Under the pieces are notes generated by a model. That model did no database searches and was not told where the DNA came from. It saw only the letters and a program-made list of their open reading frames with translations. A DNA stretch of 59,069 bases from an uncultured Thermotogae bacterium (GTDB lineage: Bacteria > Bipolaricaulota > Bipolaricaulia > UBA7950 > UBA9294), in assembly GCA_964582975.1 (NCBI GenBank), contig CAZOUO010000001.1, positions 1 through 59,069 of the forward strand. Reading direction: 5' to 3'. A program made the position numbers and the translations under genes. Of the stretch, positions 43,529 to 53,053 are shown piece by piece. Within the stretch, counting starts at the first letter, position 1, and each line of letters starts with the position of its first letter.

Positions 43529-44823
43529 TGAGCAAGCTCCTTCACTGCTTCCAGCCCTTTCTCAAAAGCAGAAAGGATACGCGCAACATCCTCATCGGTG
43601 TGGGCGTAGGTAACGCCGTGGTGGAAGAGTGGACTTCCTTTCATCCAGATTCCCTGTTTAAAGACAGCTGCGTGGAAAGCCTTGAAGAGCTTTGCGTCAG
43701 TAGTCGCAGCGGTCCGGTAGTCTAAGATATCCTCACCGGTGAAGTAGGTTTGGAATTGACCGCCACATTCGCATAGTTGCGCCGGTATTCCCCGCGACGC
43801 AGCCATTTCATCGAAGCCCACTCTTAACGCGCTCGTCTGCTTCTGCAAATGGTCCTGTGCATCGCCACGTTGAAGCTTCTCTAGACATGCCGATGCCGCG
43901 GCAAGTGCGACGTATTGACCGTTGTACGTTCCTCCATAAAGGACCTGCCCTCCCGGTCTTGTAATCTCCATTAAGTCCTTGCGACCAACCACAGCACTCA
44001 GCGGATACCCGTTGGCAATCGCTTTGGCAAAAACACTTAGATCAGGGATCACCGCGAATCGCTCCTGAGCTCCTCCTGGTGCAAGTCGGAATCCAGTGAT
44101 GATCTCGTCAAAGATTAGGGTCACCCCGTGTTCCTCGGTCAATCTTCTAACACTCTCCAAGTACCCATCCTGGGGAAGGATACACCCGCTGTTGAAGATG
44201 ACCGGCTCGATAATCAATGCAGCAACGTCTGATCCTTCGCGTTGCAGGACCTCCTCCAAAGCATCAAGGTTGTTGAACGGGATAACCACCACGGTATCAA
44301 TCGTAGTCTTGCGAATTCCCGCCGTTTCGGGTACTGGCAGGGGCAAATTCCTTGGACCAGCAACCGCCGGGTCGGGGTGAATGCTAACCTGGGCCTCATC
44401 GAACCATCCGTGGTAGCAACCCTCCACCTTGATGATCTTCTCCCGCCCCGTATACGCTCTAGCGATCATCAATGCTTTCATCACAGCCTCAGTTCCCGTG
44501 TTTGCAAAGCGAACCTGCTCAGCGGAGGGGATCATCTCGTGTAGTTGTTGGGCGACGGTGAGGCTGAGCTTCGACTCCAAGCCTACTGACAATCCTTTTC
44601 GGCACGCGGTGACGACCGCAGCTTCAATGTCCGGATCACCATGACCAAGGATGCACGCTCCATTGCTGACCGTGCAGTCTATGTACTCGTTCCCATCGAC
44701 ATCCCGCAGGCGAGCTCCCTTCGCTTCGACAAAGTAGACCGGAGCACGAAAGTTGGAGTGCACCCCACCTGGAACCGTATGGCCAAACTTTTCCAGCAGC
44801 GCTTGGGATTTTTCGATGCTCAT
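43525..44823 (-). CDS. Class III aminotransferase (glutamate-1-semialdehyde aminomutase-like / omega-aminotransferase)
   Basis: 432 aa containing GGVHSNFR, ILGHGDP and DEIITGFR, which are motifs typical of the HemL-like class III family. Confidence 0.85.
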   Translation of the reverse strand: MSIEKSQALLEKFGHTVPGGVHSNFRAPVYFVEAKGARLRDVDGNEYIDCTVSNGACILGHGDPDIEAAVVTACRKGLSVGLESKLSLTVAQQLHEMIPSAEQVRFANTGTEAVMKALMIARAYTGREKIIKVEGCYHGWFDEAQVSIHPDPAVAGPRNLPLPVPETAGIRKTTIDTVVVIPFNNLDALEEVLQREGSDVAALIIEPVIFNSGCILPQDGYLESVRRLTEEHGVTLIFDEIITGFRLAPGGAQERFAVIPDLSVFAKAIANGYPLSAVVGRKDLMEITRPGGQVLYGGTYNGQYVALAAASACLEKLQRGDAQDHLQKQTSALRVGFDEMAASRGIPAQLCECGGQFQTYFTGEDILDYRTAATTDAKLFKAFHAAVFKQGIWMKGSPLFHHGVTYAHTDEDVARILSAFEKGLEAVKELAQ

Positions 44824-44980
44824 ATCATATCACCTTTCCTATTATGGACTACTCAACAAATAATCAAGCGAGTTCCTATATGCCCTCAAAGGGCGGTGAT
44901 ATCCACCGGCAACGCCCTTTGGTTGGGTCCAAGTTGCCCTCTTGAAGGCCGATAAGGCAGGGCCCACTAGGAATCGATTT

Positions 44981-46477
44981 TCATTTCGGATCGTCTCCCA
45001 TTGCTTTCTGCCATTCGTACAGCGTCTTGCGGGCGTGACGAAATTCGTCAGGAGATCGGTTGATGGAAGTAGCTCCGCCCGTATCCACTTCAATGATCTC
45101 ACTGCAAAACGGCTCATAAGCTGCACGCGGAGCAACAGCTCCCTTGACTACCAGGATGCGCTGCTGCTCCGGCTGGATTCCCACGCAACGGATCTGGTTG
45201 ATACTGTTCGGTGAGGTTCTTCGACTATTCAGAACAAGAAGCCCTTTGGCTGCGGAATCGGGAACCGCCACTTCAACGACAGCAGTCAGCCCCTGATCGA
45301 AATACCTGCCGCCGCCGTGGCGTCGTTCGCTCTCTTCGTACGCCCCGTCATGCAGAGTTCGTACTCTTCCGGAAATGCGCAAAGTGGGGCCGTGGTCACT
45401 GTCGTACTTTCCTCCCACCAGCAACGAAACTGTTGCTCCAACCCCAGATTGAGCACAGGTCTTTGTTGCCTCTGGATCGTATAGTGTGACCACCCACTGA
45501 TCCGATTTCTGATCGATTAACTCCTTCAGGAGAAAGGTTGCGTCTCCAGAACTTCCTCCGCCGATGTTGTCTCCGAGATCGAAGAGCGCTACCGGCGGTT
45601 GATCACTGGTGATAGCCCGTCGGACGGCAACGGCTGGATCGGGAAGGCTCGGAATAAGTTGATCCCGTACTTCCCACATCATCAGGCCGAGGCGAGTGGC
45701 TTCCCTCTCTGCCAGTTTTGGATCGTCATCGGTAATGACCACGATGGATGGACCCATTGCAGGCACATCGGCATACTGGTAGCCAGCTGCAATGCTGCAG
45801 GCCAGGATGCCAGGTTTCTTCTCTGAGTCAATAGCTGCTTGCATGAGGGGCTGCATTGGTGGACGATTTGTATTGTGAAACGCGATGTTAAGAAGAACGT
45901 TGGGTTTGACGATGGCACCCGTGGGACGTACTTCATCACGGATGGCGCGAACGAGGATTGACGCGGCTTGTAGGCCCCGCTCCCGCTGGTCAACGTGAGG
46001 ATTGGTCTTGTAGATAACCAGCGCATTAACGTCTTCCACCAACTTCTCCGGCACATTCCCGTGGTAATCGTGAGTTACTACCAATGGGAAGTCCGACCCG
46101 ACCACTTCCCGAACGCGACGGACGGTCTCGGCATCAGCATCGGGGAAGCCTTCGGCCACCATTGCGCCGTGCAGGGCTAGTAGAAGTCCGTCTAGGGTCG
46201 GTGCATTTCTCAATGACATGAGGAGCTTGCTTACAAGAGCCTCATAGGTCGCGGAAGTGAGTGGGCCAGCTGGTGTAGCATCGGCTCCAATGAGTGAGTG
46301 AATTTCGTAGGCATATTCTTCTGCTCCAGCGATGAAGCCAGCCATCTCGTGGAATGTTGGAGCGAAATGCTCGATCAACTGCTGTCCTTCCCAAAGATCG
46401 AAATCCTCCAACGTTGTGGGAAGACACGAGAACGTGTTGGACTCGTGAGCGAGGCAGGCGACACCGATGCGCATCAT
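44981..46477 (-). CDS. M81 family metallopeptidase (MlrC-like)
   Basis: 498 aa starting MMRIGVACLAHESNTFS, the hallmark N-terminus of MlrC/DUF1485 proteins. Confidence 0.8.
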   Translation of the reverse strand: MMRIGVACLAHESNTFSCLPTTLEDFDLWEGQQLIEHFAPTFHEMAGFIAGAEEYAYEIHSLIGADATPAGPLTSATYEALVSKLLMSLRNAPTLDGLLLALHGAMVAEGFPDADAETVRRVREVVGSDFPLVVTHDYHGNVPEKLVEDVNALVIYKTNPHVDQRERGLQAASILVRAIRDEVRPTGAIVKPNVLLNIAFHNTNRPPMQPLMQAAIDSEKKPGILACSIAAGYQYADVPAMGPSIVVITDDDPKLAEREATRLGLMMWEVRDQLIPSLPDPAVAVRRAITSDQPPVALFDLGDNIGGGSSGDATFLLKELIDQKSDQWVVTLYDPEATKTCAQSGVGATVSLLVGGKYDSDHGPTLRISGRVRTLHDGAYEESERRHGGGRYFDQGLTAVVEVAVPDSAAKGLLVLNSRRTSPNSINQIRCVGIQPEQQRILVVKGAVAPRAAYEPFCSEIIEVDTGGATSINRSPDEFRHARKTLYEWQKAMGDDPK

Positions 46478-46603
46478 AGGCTCCTTCCCGAACTCGTTGC
46501 TGACCAGGCGTCTAGCGACGCTAGCCGGCTTTCTTGCCGATCCGCCCAGCCCGCGATTCCCGTTTGCCTTATAGAAAGCTTCTCCATATTTGATGCGTGC
46601 TCG

Positions 46604-47422
46604 TTATCCTCCCTGAGAATCCTCGTATAAGGAGGAGAATTCCCATGTAGAAAAGGCTTCGATGAACCCGGCGACTGCGATCGTGGCTGCCTCCAAGAAC
46701 TGATCACCGCTTTCACGAGTAGCGACCGTGGGGTCCCCAACCACCCCGGTTTCCGTGAGATCTTTGAGGTGAAACCCAAGCCCTATCTTTGTCGGGACAT
46801 ACCAGCCGGGCATGAAGTAGTTGTTGGACCAGTCCGGCAGGAATCTTCTTGCCTTGGACATGTCCACAAGAGTGGGATCAATGGCGAGGATGGCAGAGGT
46901 TTCGAATTCACCGGAATGCGAGATGCCACCCGTCTTTGACCGTCGAATTTGTTGTACTTGCTCCCTGATGAACTTCCAGTAGCTGGCCGTCGCACAGACT
47001 ACCTCCCCTTCTGTGCAATTGCGCATTTCGTTTACGACCAATTGCAGCGGAGCTTCATTCCCCCCGTGCCCATTTAGGAAGAAGATCTTACGAAAGCCGT
47101 GCCGAACCACGGACAAGCCAATTTCCGTGGCGGCACGGATGAACGTCTCCTCTTTGATCGAAAGAGACCCAGGAAACTCCATGTGGTGTTCCGAGCAACC
47201 AATCGTTATTGTGGGACATAGCAGAACCGAAGCTGTTTTACTGGCCCTGCAAACCGCACGTTCGGCAATTGTACTGACGATCTCCGAGTCGGTCTTAATC
47301 GGAAGGTGCAGCCCGTGCTGCTCCATCGATCCAGCAGGGATAACGACCACCGTGTTGGGTATTTTTGCCGCTGTTTCGATCTCTTGCCAGGTCAGATCTG
47401 CCCAGCGATACGGTGCTTTCAT
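46604..47422 (-). CDS. Creatininase-family amidohydrolase
   Basis: 272 aa containing VVIPAGSMEQHGLHLP and FFLNGHGGN, the signature motifs of the creatinine amidohydrolase family. It has an ATGA overlap with the AOR gene. Confidence 0.8.
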   Translation of the reverse strand: MKAPYRWADLTWQEIETAAKIPNTVVVIPAGSMEQHGLHLPIKTDSEIVSTIAERAVCRASKTASVLLCPTITIGCSEHHMEFPGSLSIKEETFIRAATEIGLSVVRHGFRKIFFLNGHGGNEAPLQLVVNEMRNCTEGEVVCATASYWKFIREQVQQIRRSKTGGISHSGEFETSAILAIDPTLVDMSKARRFLPDWSNNYFMPGWYVPTKIGLGFHLKDLTETGVVGDPTVATRESGDQFLEAATIAVAGFIEAFSTWEFSSLYEDSQGG

Positions 47423-49302
47423 TTTCGGCTCCTTTCAGGCAGACAAGAGACGACATCGCTTAGCCCTAAGGCGTGGAGGCGTTCGGGCGTTGGACCGCGA
47501 TCGTCAAAACCTCTTAGTTCATAGTACTCATCGATCCGCCGTTGTAGTTGTCCTGTTTCTATAGGCCTTCCGGCACAGGGCCCTGACTGCAGCGGTTGCT
47601 TGAGCCGCGCCGGGATATCGTCATCCGCTCGGGTGTATCCTTCACGAGCTGCGAGGACTTTCCGTAACGCGTAGTTGCGCTCGCCAATCCGCAGCATCTC
47701 ATCGGCGGAAATCGATTCGCCGGTCATTGCAGCAAGCGCTTGGCGAAGACGCTTGTAGGGATAAAAAGCCCCGACTGATTTACCCCAAGAGATGTTCTGA
47801 CACATGATGAGAGAGTTCGTGAAGGACATGAGGTCCTCGAACTTCTTGCACAATTCCGGCGTTTTCTCCCAATCGAACCGGTCTTTCCCCTCGGTGATTC
47901 CCAAATCGTCAATAGGTTGCGCCAATCCTTCGAGCATGGTGTCGTGGAAGGCCTCGAGGTGAGTTCCTCCGCGAGGGCTGGTGGCGTAACTGATGGCAAG
48001 GCCGACTTTGCCACGAGGATCATGCAGCGCAACCTCCTGGCCTTTGACGTGAACCGCGAAATCAACATCCCACTCCCTGGCAAGTGTGTCGATTCCCCGT
48101 GCCAGTTCTCTTCCAAGACCTTTCAGGTGAGCGATTTCATCGATCAGCCGCAACAGGGCATCTGCGTCACCCCATTCGATTCTCTCGTCGATGATCCCCT
48201 TTTCGCTTGCCTCCATGGCGAATGCAATCGTGACTCCAACGCTGATCGTGTCAAGGCCGTAGGCGTTGCACTTCTGGTTCGCAAGGGATAGGGCATCCAG
48301 ATTATCAACGAGGCAAAGCGAGCCCAGGCCGGCCGTTGATTCGTACTCAAGACCGCCATAGACCTCAGTCACTGCTTCACCTCCATAGGCTGTTCTGACC
48401 TTCCGCTTACACCGAACAGGGCAAGCGGTACAGGTTTCCCGTCCCACGAGGGTATTGCCGATCAGGCGTTGTCCGGTGATTGCTGACGCCCCGGCGAAGA
48501 CTCCGTCCGTGAAATTGCGGGTGGGGAGAATTCCCAACTCATTCAGCGCTTCGACGGAACCGATTGAGCCAAACTCGCCGAGCCACTGAGTGTTGGGATC
48601 CTCCATCACCCACTTCGCGTATTCGCGGCCGGCCTGTCGTATGTTTTCTTTGTCGTAAAATGGCTTGTCTCTTGTCCCGTGAATCGCTACAGCTTTGAGC
48701 CGTTTATCGCCCATCACCGCGCCAAAGCCGGGCCGGCCAGCGGCACGACTGTAGTCGTGCATGATGCACGCGTGCTTCACTCGGTTCTCGCCTGCTGGAC
48801 CGATGCTTGCAACCTTGACGTTTCCATGTTGTTGCTTCAGCCGGTCCTCTGTTTCCCGGACCTCACCCCCCCAAAGACCTGATGCATCACGAAGCGCTGT
48901 TTGGTCCTCGCTGATCAGGAGATATACAGGCTTTTCGCTTTTTCCACGGATTAGGATCCCGTCGTAGCCGGAGCGGCCCAGTTCATGTGCGAAGTATCCC
49001 CCGGCGTACGAATCGGATACCGCGTTCGTTTTTGGGGATTTCGCCAGAACAACGTGTCTTCCGGCTCCGGGGAACGCCGAGCCCTGGAACGGGCCGGTAG
49101 CAAAGACCAGCAAGTTCTCTTCTCCCCAAGGGTCAATCCCGGGGTTCAGCTCCTCGAGCAGAAGCCTGAGGGCAACTCCGTATCCTCCCAGATGGAGCTT
49201 CTGCCAAGCACTGGGGATATCCATGGATCGAGTCTTTCCTGTACCCAGGTCAACGTCCAGGTATCTTCCAAAACTACCGTCCATTAAGTCTCCTTTGCCC
49301 AT
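47419..49302 (-). CDS. Aldehyde:ferredoxin oxidoreductase family (tungstopterin) enzyme
   Basis: 627 aa with an AOR-type N-terminus (GRYLDVDLGTGK...LGGYGVALRLL), the Cys motif CTACPVRC, and AOR-like length. Confidence 0.85.
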   Translation of the reverse strand: MGKGDLMDGSFGRYLDVDLGTGKTRSMDIPSAWQKLHLGGYGVALRLLLEELNPGIDPWGEENLLVFATGPFQGSAFPGAGRHVVLAKSPKTNAVSDSYAGGYFAHELGRSGYDGILIRGKSEKPVYLLISEDQTALRDASGLWGGEVRETEDRLKQQHGNVKVASIGPAGENRVKHACIMHDYSRAAGRPGFGAVMGDKRLKAVAIHGTRDKPFYDKENIRQAGREYAKWVMEDPNTQWLGEFGSIGSVEALNELGILPTRNFTDGVFAGASAITGQRLIGNTLVGRETCTACPVRCKRKVRTAYGGEAVTEVYGGLEYESTAGLGSLCLVDNLDALSLANQKCNAYGLDTISVGVTIAFAMEASEKGIIDERIEWGDADALLRLIDEIAHLKGLGRELARGIDTLAREWDVDFAVHVKGQEVALHDPRGKVGLAISYATSPRGGTHLEAFHDTMLEGLAQPIDDLGITEGKDRFDWEKTPELCKKFEDLMSFTNSLIMCQNISWGKSVGAFYPYKRLRQALAAMTGESISADEMLRIGERNYALRKVLAAREGYTRADDDIPARLKQPLQSGPCAGRPIETGQLQRRIDEYYELRGFDDRGPTPERLHALGLSDVVSCLPERSRK

Positions 49303-49374
49303 TTACCAGCGGTTGTCAGTTCTACTCTTCCCAGTACCGATTTCTTCGGTGTAAAACCCGACGCTCTCCTCATC

Positions 49375-50259
49375 TCAAAGTTTTGGATCCAAAACATCGC
49401 GCAGGCTGTCGCCCAACAAGTTGATCGCCAAGACTACAATGACGATGACTGAGCCCGAGGCCAACGAGGTCCAAGGAGCGACTCGCAAGAAATCGCGGGA
49501 CTCGTTGAGAATGTTCCCCCAGCTCGGCGCCGGTGGGGGAGTTCCGACTCCCAGGAAACTGAGGGCTGCCTCCACGAGGATGGCGAGAGCGAAGATCAAA
49601 GTCTGTTGCACGATTAGCGCCGCCATCACGTTCGGAAAGATATGACGAGCGAGAATCCTCACGTCGCTCGCCCCAGCAGCCCGCGCTGCCTCCACGTAGT
49701 TCTCTTCTTTGACTGCAAGCACCTGGCTGCGACACACGCGAGCCGTACGAGGAAGATACACAATGCTCAAGGCAAAGATTGCATTAAGTTCCGATGGTCC
49801 GAACACTGCCATGAGTGCGATCGCTAGAAGAATAGCAGGAAATGACAACATGGTATCCATGATCCTCATCAGCAAGTTGTCCAACCGCCGATAGTAGGCC
49901 GAAACAAGCCCCACAAACGCTCCGAGAACACCGGACAGCACGCTTACCGACAAACCGACCCTCAGGGAAACTCGTGAACCGTAGATCACACGGCTGAACA
50001 CGTCCCTTCCGAAGTCGTCTGTCCCAAACCAATGGGCCTGGCTGGGTTTAGTCAGAATTCTCATGACGCTCATCTTGTTCGGATCATACGGGGCGATCCA
50101 CGGAGCAAATATGGCTACCACGAAAAACAGGATGATGAGTGCGAGCCCTGTCATCGCTGTCTTGTTACGGACCAGCTTGCGAAGGATTTTCCGCTTGTAG
50201 GACATCGACTCTCGTTTTCCGGTTGAGCTTTGAACGCGCCGATTACGAAGCAAGCCCAT
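49375..50259 (-). CDS. ABC transporter permease (DppC/OppC-like)
   Basis: BPD-transporter membrane protein. The start is probably ATG 50205 (MSYKRKILRKLVRNKTAMTGLALIILF). Confidence 0.85.
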   Translation of the reverse strand: MGLLRNRRVQSSTGKRESMSYKRKILRKLVRNKTAMTGLALIILFFVVAIFAPWIAPYDPNKMSVMRILTKPSQAHWFGTDDFGRDVFSRVIYGSRVSLRVGLSVSVLSGVLGAFVGLVSAYYRRLDNLLMRIMDTMLSFPAILLAIALMAVFGPSELNAIFALSIVYLPRTARVCRSQVLAVKEENYVEAARAAGASDVRILARHIFPNVMAALIVQQTLIFALAILVEAALSFLGVGTPPPAPSWGNILNESRDFLRVAPWTSLASGSVIVIVVLAINLLGDSLRDVLDPKL

Positions 50260-50282
50260 ATTTCCTTAAAACCTCTCTAAAC

Positions 50283-51230
50283 TCATGTGTATCGGATCTT
50301 CGGGTTCAGTGTCGCATAAAGGACATCGACGACGAAGTTCATCAAGATGAAAATAACGGCGACAAGCAAGATGCATCCGGTCAGCAAGATATTGTCTCGT
50401 TTGTTGACCGCAATTAGCAGTGCTCTACTGATCCCTGGTATGGTGAAGACCGTCTCAATCACGACGGTACCACCTACCAGACTGGCATAGGTCAGTCCGA
50501 TGATTGTCACGACGGGGAGCATCGCGTTGCGCATACCGTGTTTGATTACAACCAGCCGTTCCTTTACACCCTTGGCACGTGCCACGGTGATGTACATCTC
50601 GTTGAGCACCTCGAGCAGTGTTGAACGCATCATCCGTGCCACGGCACCCGCATTGATCAGCCCGATGGCCAACACCGGCATGATCGATGATTTCAACCAG
50701 TCTACCACGCTTACAGTCGGCGATACATACCCTCCGGAGGGAAGCCAATGGAGGGTGACCGCGAAAAGAAAGATGAAATTAAGACCCATCCAGAAGCCCG
50801 GAATGGAAACCCCTAGGGTAGCAAAGACAATCGCCCCTTTGTCGATCCAGCGACCTTTGTAGGCTGCAGCAAGGACGCCCGTTGGGATACCGATGAAGAT
50901 CGAAAGGAGCAGTCCAAGGCTGGCAAGGAAGAGAGTCACTGGTAGTTTGCTTCCGATGATCTGCGTCACAGGCTCCTGAAGGTAGAATGATTTACCGAAG
51001 TCGGCACGCACGATAACGCCAGCCACCCAGTTTGCATAGCGAACGAGGAAAGGTTTATCCAGACCCCAAGCTTCCCGCCTGCTCTTTATGAGTTCCTCGG
51101 TGGCACGTGTTCCCAGGGACACTGTGACCGGGTCGCCAGGAATCAGCTCCATCAAGCCGTAGATGGCGAACGATAAGACGAATAACACTATTATCATGGC
51201 GGCGAATCGCCGTGAAACGTAGGCGAGCAT
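50283..51230 (-). CDS. ABC transporter permease (DppB/OppB-like)
   Basis: 315 aa starting MLAYVSRRFAAMIIVLFVLSFAIYGLMELIPGDP and ending LNPKIRYT. Confidence 0.9.
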   Translation of the reverse strand: MLAYVSRRFAAMIIVLFVLSFAIYGLMELIPGDPVTVSLGTRATEELIKSRREAWGLDKPFLVRYANWVAGVIVRADFGKSFYLQEPVTQIIGSKLPVTLFLASLGLLLSIFIGIPTGVLAAAYKGRWIDKGAIVFATLGVSIPGFWMGLNFIFLFAVTLHWLPSGGYVSPTVSVVDWLKSSIMPVLAIGLINAGAVARMMRSTLLEVLNEMYITVARAKGVKERLVVIKHGMRNAMLPVVTIIGLTYASLVGGTVVIETVFTIPGISRALLIAVNKRDNILLTGCILLVAVIFILMNFVVDVLYATLNPKIRYT

Positions 51231-51262
51231 AGTCAGATCTTACCCATGACCGCTAGTTGTAA

Positions 51263-51303
51263 GCGGCGGGGTGTTGGATCGACCATCCTGCACACCCCGC
51301 CGC
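51263..51303 (-). promoter_or_regulatory. Intercistronic GC-rich stem-loop between SBP and permease genes
   Basis: Perfect 12-bp stem GCGGCGGGGTGT / ACACCCCGCCGC with a 17-nt loop and no U-tract. It sits 27 nt after the SBP stop, the position typical of mRNA-stabilising or partial-attenuation hairpins in ABC operons. Confidence 0.45.
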
Positions 51304-51329
51304 GTCTTCGTCCTTGCTGATTTTGGTTT

Positions 51330-52949
51330 TTAATCCTTCCAGACGTTCCAGAACGTTTCGCGTTTGAGGGCTTTGTAGCCGTGAACGTTCTTTCGCAAAA
51401 CGTTCAAGCTCTTGAAATTGCCGATGATGCAACAATAGGGGTCATCCAAGAGCTTTTCTTGAATCTGCTCCCACAGCGCATATCGGGCCTCGAAATCGTC
51501 CGTCTGGTACTCCTGGTCGAAGAGCTCCGCGATCTCTCTCGCCGTATCCGAGATGTATCCATGCTCCGCGATGACGGGGTTATTCGTTGCATCACCCATG
51601 ACCAAGGATGCGTTGTGGCCGGAATCAGGATCATAGACGTAGGCATTCGCATCCGGATCGGTTGGGAACCCCAAACCCGTGCACCAAACAGTCATGCGGC
51701 TATCGACCTGAATGTGGTTGACGAACGCCGCCCACGGATAGACTGCAAGCGTACAGTTAAATCCGACCGCATTCCACTCTTCCCACAGCGCCAACGACTC
51801 ACGATAAATCCAGTCGTAGTCGCGTGTGGTGCTGATCATGATTTCTGCGCCGTCGTATCCGGCTTCTTCCATGAGCCGCTTTGCGGCTTCATCGTCATTG
51901 GGGCTGTAACGATCCAACCCAGCGTCGGACCACCACTTCTTCTGGTCATCGAAGAAGACGCTGTTGTCAGGAGCGTAGAAGTCCTCTTTCCCGTATGCGG
52001 TGAAGTTCAGGACCTTTTCCATGTCAGCTGCGAGCCGCAACGCCTGTCGAATTTGAATATCGCTCGTTGGCCACTGGGTGCAGTTGACGAAGTAAATCGG
52101 TTTGTAGTACGGGCTGAACGCACGCAGCACCAGATCCGGGTTTCGTTCCAATCTGTCCGCTTCGGAAAGTGGGATCTCGGTCGCTAAATCGTACATCCCC
52201 GTCTCCAACCCAGCTATGCGAGCGGTCGCTTCTGGGACGTAGTTGAAGACGACCTTGTCCAGGTAAGCAATTCGATGACCACCGTATCCAGTCGCCGGAA
52301 AATCGGTGAACGGCGTGTGGTCATCGAAACGACTAAGCACAACCTTCTCTTCAGTCCAGGATTCCAGTTCATACGGCCCTGTCCCAACGATTCCCTCAGC
52401 CGGAATTGGCTCGTCCCCGTACTCGTCGAGGATCGCCTTGGGGTAGATTGCGGTTCCATTGACCGTAGTCGACAGCGCAGTCAAGAGCCGTGTGGGTGCA
52501 GACAACTTGAACTGAATCGTGTAGGGATCGACAATTACGATGTCGGTAACACTGTCGAAGTCGGCTCCTCTTTCGGCCACGCGGCGGAAACGCTCAATGG
52601 ATGCCTTGACATCCTCGGCCGTGAGCTCACCGTAGCCTTTTTGAAACTTCACGCCTTTTCGCAAGTAGAAGGTCCACGTCAGCTTGTCATCGCTGAGGTC
52701 CCACGATTTGGCAAGTTGAGGAATATCCTCGAAGCTGTCGTCAAAGGTTGTCACTGTCTCAAAGATGTGACAAGCGATCGCTTCACACGCTCCAGCCGTC
52801 GTTTGGTGCCAGTCCAAATACGGCGGGGCGATTCCAAGTGCCGCTTCGAGTGTGCCGCCGTATTTGGGTTCCGCCGCGATAACCGCAGCACTCACGGAAA
52901 CTATCAAAGCCAAACCAACCGCCAGCAACATGCAATGCTTCTGTCTCAT
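51330..52949 (-). CDS. ABC transporter substrate-binding protein, family 5 (peptide/nickel/opine type)
   Basis: 539 aa with signal peptide MRQKHCMLLAVGLALIVSVSAAVIAAEP and family-5 SBP-like sequence. Confidence 0.9.
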   Translation of the reverse strand: MRQKHCMLLAVGLALIVSVSAAVIAAEPKYGGTLEAALGIAPPYLDWHQTTAGACEAIACHIFETVTTFDDSFEDIPQLAKSWDLSDDKLTWTFYLRKGVKFQKGYGELTAEDVKASIERFRRVAERGADFDSVTDIVIVDPYTIQFKLSAPTRLLTALSTTVNGTAIYPKAILDEYGDEPIPAEGIVGTGPYELESWTEEKVVLSRFDDHTPFTDFPATGYGGHRIAYLDKVVFNYVPEATARIAGLETGMYDLATEIPLSEADRLERNPDLVLRAFSPYYKPIYFVNCTQWPTSDIQIRQALRLAADMEKVLNFTAYGKEDFYAPDNSVFFDDQKKWWSDAGLDRYSPNDDEAAKRLMEEAGYDGAEIMISTTRDYDWIYRESLALWEEWNAVGFNCTLAVYPWAAFVNHIQVDSRMTVWCTGLGFPTDPDANAYVYDPDSGHNASLVMGDATNNPVIAEHGYISDTAREIAELFDQEYQTDDFEARYALWEQIQEKLLDDPYCCIIGNFKSLNVLRKNVHGYKALKRETFWNVWKD

Positions 52950-53053
52950 GTCGTTTCACCCTCCTTATTTCCTCCCATCGTTCACACAACCGTTCTTAGT
53001 CCTACCTCTCAAACCATAGAGCTTGACCATCACCTCCTTCAATGATAGATTTC

